Origin: Candidatus Binatia bacterium
GTDB taxonomy: Bacteria; Desulfobacterota; Binatia; UBA9968
Reading direction: 5' to 3'
DNA length: 31,911 bases
Assembly (NCBI GenBank): GCA_050735755.1
Contig: JBOHVR010000019.1
Location: 1 to 31,911, forward strand
Shown: positions 26,768-31,911 of the stretch, piece after piece
How positions within the stretch are numbered: the first letter of the stretch is position 1
How the letters are laid out: the number at the start of each line of letters is the position of its first letter
Translations under genes and position numbers: made by a program
The notes under the pieces: model-generated
Databases searched by the model: none
What the model was told of the DNA's origin: nothing
The model's input: the letters and a program-made list of their open reading frames with translations, nothing else

Positions 26768-28363
26768 TCATCTATTCCAGAAGGTTGTGATAACCCGGAG
26801 CTTAGCCTTCATGCCGGGAGCTTGCCGCTGTTCAATTGGAATTTCGAAAACCAGTTCATCATCTGTTTCGGTAGTGATGGCCTGCTGGGGCGGCTCTCCG
26901 CGTCGACTCGCGAATTGATATTCGATCTTCCACGTGTCAGTTTCCGATTTGGGAAACGCGGCTTCAAGGATTATCAAGTCACGGAAAAGATAGTTGCCCT
27001 CAAAATGGTTCTTGAGAAACAGAAATCCGTCAACCTCATATTCCGGCGCCCGCACACACAGATCTGCGGAAAAGGCCAGAGTGTCACCGGTCTGGCTCTG
27101 ATCCATGTCGAGAAAGACATTGAACAGAAGGGGGCTTTTCGTACGATCCGGAATCCACCCTTTTTTTCTAGAATTCCACTTCGGGAACAGCGCGTCAAAA
27201 GGGCGGAAGATTGCGCTGTTTTCATTCGCCGTGCGCCGATGAAGCTGCCACTGCTTATTACGAATACTTACTGTGACCTCGAATAAATATGAGGCCCGCA
27301 CTTCCTTGCCAGACTCATACTCCTTCTCTACCTCCGGCGGCAGGGTCAGCTCATCAATATCCAGATACCCGTCTGCCCGTACGTCTCCGAATAGAAATCT
27401 AACCAGGTTTTGGTAGCCCTCCTCGCTGTTAACTATTCCGAAGTATCCTGAGTGACTGCGGTGAACGAAAGCGTTAGGAGATGATTTAAGTACTCCCTGC
27501 TTACGGCCTCGTGTGGTAGCATTGGATATGCGCACGAGCCCATCGCTTGCTTCGCCGACACCAAGGCTGGAAAAGCCGGCCGCTACTTTATAGTCTCCGG
27601 GGTTGGTCCCTACGAGATTGAAGATGCGGTCTGGGTCAAACCGAGTCACGATGTCAACGTCGTTGCCGTCCAGGTCCTGTTTTTTCAAACCCAGGTAGCC
27701 GGCCATCGTGGCTCGGCTGAACGTGTCGATGCCGAAGATCGACAGCCACTCGGGTACATTTCCTAATCCGCGAAATTCAATTCCATTGTGCGGCGTGGCG
27801 TAGGTGAAAACCTTGTCCACGAGTTTGCGCGCAGTGTCGTCGCCGTATTTCGGATTTTGCAGAAAGGCGCGGCAGACCAATCCGCCCATCGAATGCGCTA
27901 CTAGATAGACGCGAAACGAGTCATACGGTAGCATCCCATCGGTGATCGGCGTGTCTTTGCCTTGCGGATAAATTCGTTTCCGCAGGCTTAAAATTAGCTC
28001 GCTTAAGCCTCGCGCAAATTTTTCTATATTCGGCTTTTCCTTAGTTCCGAGATCCTGCGATAACGGTTCGTAGTAACGGTAAATGATGACGCTACGATAG
28101 GGCACAGACTTGCGCTGAGCCCGTTGGTCTATGACCTGGTCCATTCCTTCTTCATAAACATCGTCATATCCAAATTCCTTCATTAAACGGACTAAGGGCG
28201 ACTCGAAGAAAAATTTCTTCACACTGCCATCCCAAAGTTGCCGCACTTTAGAAGAGCCAATATTGAATCCCATGTACGGATCTGCCACGGTGTCTTCAAT
28301 CTCGTTCTGTGTCATCGCGTAACCGCGAACGTAAATAATCGGATGAATCGCTGCTTGTTGCAT
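26768..28363 (-). CDS. Alpha/beta hydrolase (PGAP1-like esterase/lipase) with uncharacterised C-terminal domain
   Basis: PIIYVRGY oxyanion strand, YLVAHSMGGLVCR nucleophile elbow, TYATPHNG, SDGLV and RSHSG for Asp/His; AAGGAG SD. Confidence 0.88.
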   Translation of the reverse strand: MQQAAIHPIIYVRGYAMTQNEIEDTVADPYMGFNIGSSKVRQLWDGSVKKFFFESPLVRLMKEFGYDDVYEEGMDQVIDQRAQRKSVPYRSVIIYRYYEPLSQDLGTKEKPNIEKFARGLSELILSLRKRIYPQGKDTPITDGMLPYDSFRVYLVAHSMGGLVCRAFLQNPKYGDDTARKLVDKVFTYATPHNGIEFRGLGNVPEWLSIFGIDTFSRATMAGYLGLKKQDLDGNDVDIVTRFDPDRIFNLVGTNPGDYKVAAGFSSLGVGEASDGLVRISNATTRGRKQGVLKSSPNAFVHRSHSGYFGIVNSEEGYQNLVRFLFGDVRADGYLDIDELTLPPEVEKEYESGKEVRASYLFEVTVSIRNKQWQLHRRTANENSAIFRPFDALFPKWNSRKKGWIPDRTKSPLLFNVFLDMDQSQTGDTLAFSADLCVRAPEYEVDGFLFLKNHFEGNYLFRDLIILEAAFPKSETDTWKIEYQFASRRGEPPQQAITTETDDELVFEIPIEQRQAPGMKAKLRVITTFWNR

Positions 28364-28636
28364 CCAAATCTCCTTGAGGGTTGCTGTAGCTTTACTGGCG
28401 ACTCAGTAGGACTGCGGCGCTACCCATTCCAACCACTTTATAATGATGGGCGATACTATAATCTTTTGCGGCGCTGAACAACAAAAGTTCCGCCCCGACA
28501 AACACTGCGCGATTGTCAGCGTTTGTTGGCTACTCGGAGAAAGAGGAGAGAAGTCCAATATTCCTTGGCGGGATTCAACTGAAGACGCTTCAATGAGATC
28601 CCGCGCTTGCAGTAGGTGCGCGCCGGGGGGTCAAGT

Positions 28637-28756
28637 CACGCATTCGGGTTGGGGCGAACATCGATTGATACGATCTTGGGCGAATTGCCGAAGCCAGCGC
28701 CGAAAACCAAGTTATCCTGGGCTCCCTACATTGCGAAATTCTTGCGAACGTCCCGA
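28637..28756 (+). pseudogene. 3' fragment of a paralogue of the 24050..24421 gene (repeat copy 2)
   Basis: Encodes HAFGLGRTSIDTILGELPKPAPKTKLSWAPYIAKFLRTSR; no matching 5' part upstream. Confidence 0.75.
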
Positions 28757-28859
28757 TCCGCTAGGGTTTCCCCGGTGGCAGCATTTTGTCGACGGCGGCT
28801 CCACCGACCCCGAATGAAACGATGCCGAACTCGGCAGGGCGGAAAGATATGCCGAAGGC

Positions 28860-29243
28860 TCAGTGAACGTAGTCTCCAGACCAATGGTCACGTCCTATCC
28901 AGAAAGGACATTGTGGACATTCCGTCCCTTCCGGATAGTCGATGCCCTCTTCATGAGGACACCCGATGATGCGGTCGGTCATGACCACCGATTTAACTTC
29001 ATGACTGTTAATGAAGGCAAGAATCTCGGCCCCAATAGTTTGGTCATATCGCACATCTCCAGATTCCGAGAACCAGCGCTTCAAGTCCTCAGGATCGGAA
29101 TTGTCTCTGCACACTATACCCACAGCCACTTTACTCGCCCGAGCGTCATCCGGCCCGTAAAACGCGATCGTCGCAACCGGATAACCGCGGAAACCGCGGC
29201 GTGCCTTTTTGTGCAACGACATGCGTTTTGGTTTGATCTTCAT
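28860..29243 (-). CDS. Conserved-looking hypothetical protein with C-terminal Cys/His cluster
   Basis: RGFRGYPVATIAFYGPDD.RASKVAVGI...IIGCPHEEGIDYPEG..CPQCPFW; family recalled but function unknown. Confidence 0.8.
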   Translation of the reverse strand: MKIKPKRMSLHKKARRGFRGYPVATIAFYGPDDARASKVAVGIVCRDNSDPEDLKRWFSESGDVRYDQTIGAEILAFINSHEVKSVVMTDRIIGCPHEEGIDYPEGTECPQCPFWIGRDHWSGDYVH

Positions 29244-29557
29244 TGTTCCAAAAGTCTTTTCAGTTTGTCAGAGAAGTGCAAGCTAAAGTATCGTCGGTTC
29301 TGAACTCCTGCGCGTAGTCGTCCTGCGCCGCGCAATCCGGTATATATCCGTCCGTCGCACGTCCAACACCAGTGCTAGTCCCCCTAGCCTAAGAACAATT
29401 CAAAGTTATCACCCTGACAAGGCGTTGATCCGGAAAGCTCGCCGGCGACTTTCGAACGCCCAACGAAGCCATAGACACTACGTATTCATAGGGGTACGCA
29501 AAAAACCTCGTTATCCCGCGCACTTACCACCGCCCTGACGTGAATTGAAAATCAAAT

Positions 29558-30179
29558 TCACACAAGCGCCTCATGCCACCGCAGAAACCGCCCTGCCCTA
29601 TGGCACCCTCCCCTATGGCTCTCGGCGTGTCCACTGGTAACCCCAGTTCGCTGGACACCCTTTTAGCCATTTCCTTATGCGTCCACGGATACAGCTGCCA
29701 TTTCAGGATCAAAGCAAACCCTCCCCCATCAATCACTTCCTTGCGCTCGTGTTTCTGCCTCTCATCACAAACTGGTGCCTAGCGTAAGCTTCAAGGACCA
29801 TGGCCTCCCCGTGAAGACCAACCGCTGCTGCTATGTTGGGGTCAGCATACGAATCCACCAGCTTCATAATCTTTGAGCCGCTACGCCGGTTGTAGCGGTA
29901 GCTGCGATGCCATAACAAGTGGATATCACCTCCGGACTTAAGTGAGCGAACTTCATTCCGCAGAAAACGTTCCGCTGCAAGCCCACGTATGGCGCGATTC
30001 GTTATCCAGTGGAAAAATTCATCTTCAAGCCGCACTTCGAGCTGTCTTGAGAAGGAAACTCCCTTCTTATCCTTCTCAAAAAGCTCTATGAGCTTTCCTC
30101 GGGCTTCTATTTCGTGAGAGTCGTGCCGACTCCATCCCTCGCCCTCGCCATCATCGTAGACTTCCTCGATACTCACCAC
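29558..30179 (-). pseudogene. Broken hypothetical gene (possible wHTH + nuclease-type protein) with two frame disruptions
   Basis: FSRQLEV..EDEFFHWITNRA...GLHGEAMVLEAY...GRNT, frame change near 29743 to KEVIDGGGFALILKWQLYPWTHKEMAKRV, then a 5-bp duplication GCCCT GCCCT (29590-29599) whose removal restores RFLRWHEALV-stop. Confidence 0.65.
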
Positions 30180-30399
30180 GCGCCTCGAAGGAAACTCTGC
30201 CTTTCCCGCCCGCCCGGCCACCAACGATTGTCCAGTGGAGCCGGATACGCCCTAAGCAAAATTGCACGCGACGTTCAGCTCGTCAATTCCAGCAACCTCA
30301 GCGTATACGGTTCATCCCAGTCTCACTTCTCAATCGCGTATTCTGAAACTCACGGCGCATGTGTACCACGAACACATTATCGGGTCGAGCCTCCGGCTA

Positions 30400-30428
30400 T
30401 TGTCCTTTACCCGAGCTTTTTCTATGAT
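30400..30428 (+). promoter_or_regulatory. Sigma-70 promoter of the Rieske oxygenase gene
   Basis: TTGTCC, 17 nt, TATGAT, about 40 nt before the ATG. Confidence 0.6.
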
Positions 30429-30469
30429 GCCTCCGTAAGAAGATACAACGTTGAAGAGGAGGGCTAGCG

Positions 30470-31744
30470 ATGCTGACAAGGGAAGAGAATGAACTTTTAA
30501 CACGTGTAGGCCCCGGCACACTCATGGGAGAGGTGATGCGGCGGTATTGGATTCCTGCGTTGCTCTCCAGAGAGCTGCCCGCTCCCGATTGCCCGCCGGT
30601 GCGCGTGAAGCTTCTCGGGGAGGATCTCGTCGCGTTTCGCGACACGCAAGGTAAAGTCGGCCTTCTTGACGAGTATTGCCCGCATCGGCAGGCCTCGCTC
30701 TTCCTGGGCCGCAACGAGGAAAGCGGCATTCGCTGCGTCTTTCACGGGTGGAAGTTCGATGTTGAGGGCAACTGTGTCGACATGCCGAACGAGCCCCTGG
30801 AAAGCCGGTTCAAAGAAAAGGTCCGCCAAATATCCTATCCTACCATCGAACTGGGCAGCGTGATCTGGGCCTACATGGGCCCAGCGGAGAAGATGCCCGA
30901 CCCGCCCGGCATGGAGTGGACGCGCGCGCCGGAAGATCACCGCTTTGTTTCCAAGACCATCGAATACTGCAACTACCTGCAGGGCGTCGAGGGCGGCATC
31001 GACACGTGCCACGGATCGTTTCTCCACAACAACGACCTGTCCGACAAGCTTACCTTCCACAGGATCGACACTGCGCCCCGGCTCGAAGTCGAACGGACAA
31101 GCTACGGCTTCCGCTACGTCGGCACCCGCGATCTCGGGGAGATTGGCCAGTACGTCCGCCTGTATCAACTCGTCTTGCCCTTTCATCAGTTCCGCTCTCA
31201 GCAGATCGTGCGCAAAAAAGGCAAAGGCGCCGGTAACCGTGAATCCATTCCGGTGATCAAGGGACACATGTGGGTCCCGATGGATGACCACAACATGATG
31301 GTCTATAACTGGATGCTTGCCGTGGACGAAGACAAGCCCTTAACACCGGAGTTCATTCTCGCGTCGGAAACCGGCGCGGGCAGGGGACCGGACGGTGAAA
31401 CCACCGTGCGCCATCGCAATCGAGCCAATGACTGGCTCATCGACCGCGAAGTTCAACGAACAAAAACCTTTACCGGTATCGCCGGAGTTAACACCCAAGA
31501 TCTAGCGGCGCAGGAAAGCATGGGACCGATCGTGGACCGCACGCGCGAGCAATTGGGAACAACCGACAGGGCGATCATTACGTACCGGCGGATCTTGCTC
31601 GACGTGATTCGCGATTTTCAGAAGGGAATCGAACCAGCCGGAATCGATCCGAAAACCTACCGCAACGTGCGCTCGGCGGATGTTGTTTTACCTAAAGATG
31701 CGCGCTGGCAGGAGATGGCAGAGCAAAATTCGGCGGTGTGGTAG
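30470..31744 (+). CDS. Rieske non-heme iron aromatic oxygenase, alpha subunit (phthalate 4,5-dioxygenase/LigXa-like)
   Basis: Rieske CPHR...CVFHGWKFD; mononuclear-iron DTCHGSFLH and QDLAAQESMG; AAGGAGG SD. Substrate not inferable. Confidence 0.95.
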   Translation: MLTREENELLTRVGPGTLMGEVMRRYWIPALLSRELPAPDCPPVRVKLLGEDLVAFRDTQGKVGLLDEYCPHRQASLFLGRNEESGIRCVFHGWKFDVEGNCVDMPNEPLESRFKEKVRQISYPTIELGSVIWAYMGPAEKMPDPPGMEWTRAPEDHRFVSKTIEYCNYLQGVEGGIDTCHGSFLHNNDLSDKLTFHRIDTAPRLEVERTSYGFRYVGTRDLGEIGQYVRLYQLVLPFHQFRSQQIVRKKGKGAGNRESIPVIKGHMWVPMDDHNMMVYNWMLAVDEDKPLTPEFILASETGAGRGPDGETTVRHRNRANDWLIDREVQRTKTFTGIAGVNTQDLAAQESMGPIVDRTREQLGTTDRAIITYRRILLDVIRDFQKGIEPAGIDPKTYRNVRSADVVLPKDARWQEMAEQNSAVW

Positions 31745-31799
31745 ACGCGGGAGAAAATCGCGATTCGATCTTCGGAAACCGTGAAGAATCCAATTTCTT

Positions 31800-31909
31800 G
31801 TAGGATGGGTTGAGGCGCCGCGCGCCGATACCCATCAGGGGCGTAATTTCCGACGGTGGGTATCGCGGAGCCGGTCCTGAGCAAAGTCGAAGGGCTCCAC
31901 CCACCCTAC
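31800..31909. repeat. GTAG-family REP doublet (REPIN-like) with a 29-bp insert in the second arm
   Basis: GTAGGATGGGTTGAG...GATACCCATC and inverted GGTGGGTATCG[...]CTCCACCCACCCTAC; insert at 31866-31894. Confidence 0.8.
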
Positions 31910-31911
31910 GT

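Noticed and set aside
24440..29470. Integron cassette array (RYYYAAC-like words near 24452, 26712, 29361, 29457 among small same-strand genes)
   Set aside because: No complementary GTTRRRY partner at attC distance and orientation, and no integron integrase.
30497..31291. 264-aa minus-strand ORF
   Set aside because: Antisense shadow of the Rieske oxygenase.
1..31911. CRISPR array or cas genes
   Set aside because: No regularly spaced direct repeats with unique spacers; the repeats found are dispersed palindromes.

Overview
Bacterial chromosomal window with no rRNA, tRNA, CRISPR array, integrase or transposase that I could see. Its gene style (phthalate-dioxygenase-like Rieske gene, frequent sigma-54 promoters, REP/MITE families) suggests a Binatia/Deltaproteobacteria-like organism, which is inference only. 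In order: a decayed ROK/polyphosphate-glucokinase gene; an ArsR-SRPBCC-VOC-SRPBCC operon; a TetR-MFP-RND efflux operon; an excisionase-like HTH gene; a MASE1-GAF-PAS histidine kinase with a decayed receiver; a luxR/LolA-like/luxR/beta-barrel cluster; a DASS transporter; a secreted TPR protein; a FecR/DUF6600-like protein with a Q/E/R/K-rich tail; an accessory patch (MscS, small hypotheticals, alpha/beta hydrolase, broken gene); and a Rieske oxygenase. Best leads: (1) two LuxR paralogues with divergent sensor domains and near-identical HTHs, interleaved with a lipid-carrier/barrel pair, one frameshifted exactly at the sensor/HTH boundary; (2) a perfect 19-bp inverted repeat (3753-3771 and 9750-9768) bracketing the whole 6-kb efflux cassette; (3) nested MITE/REP elements with CTAG/TAG ends and a 29-bp module present or absent in REP loops. 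All alignments and counts were done by eye and no database searches were run.
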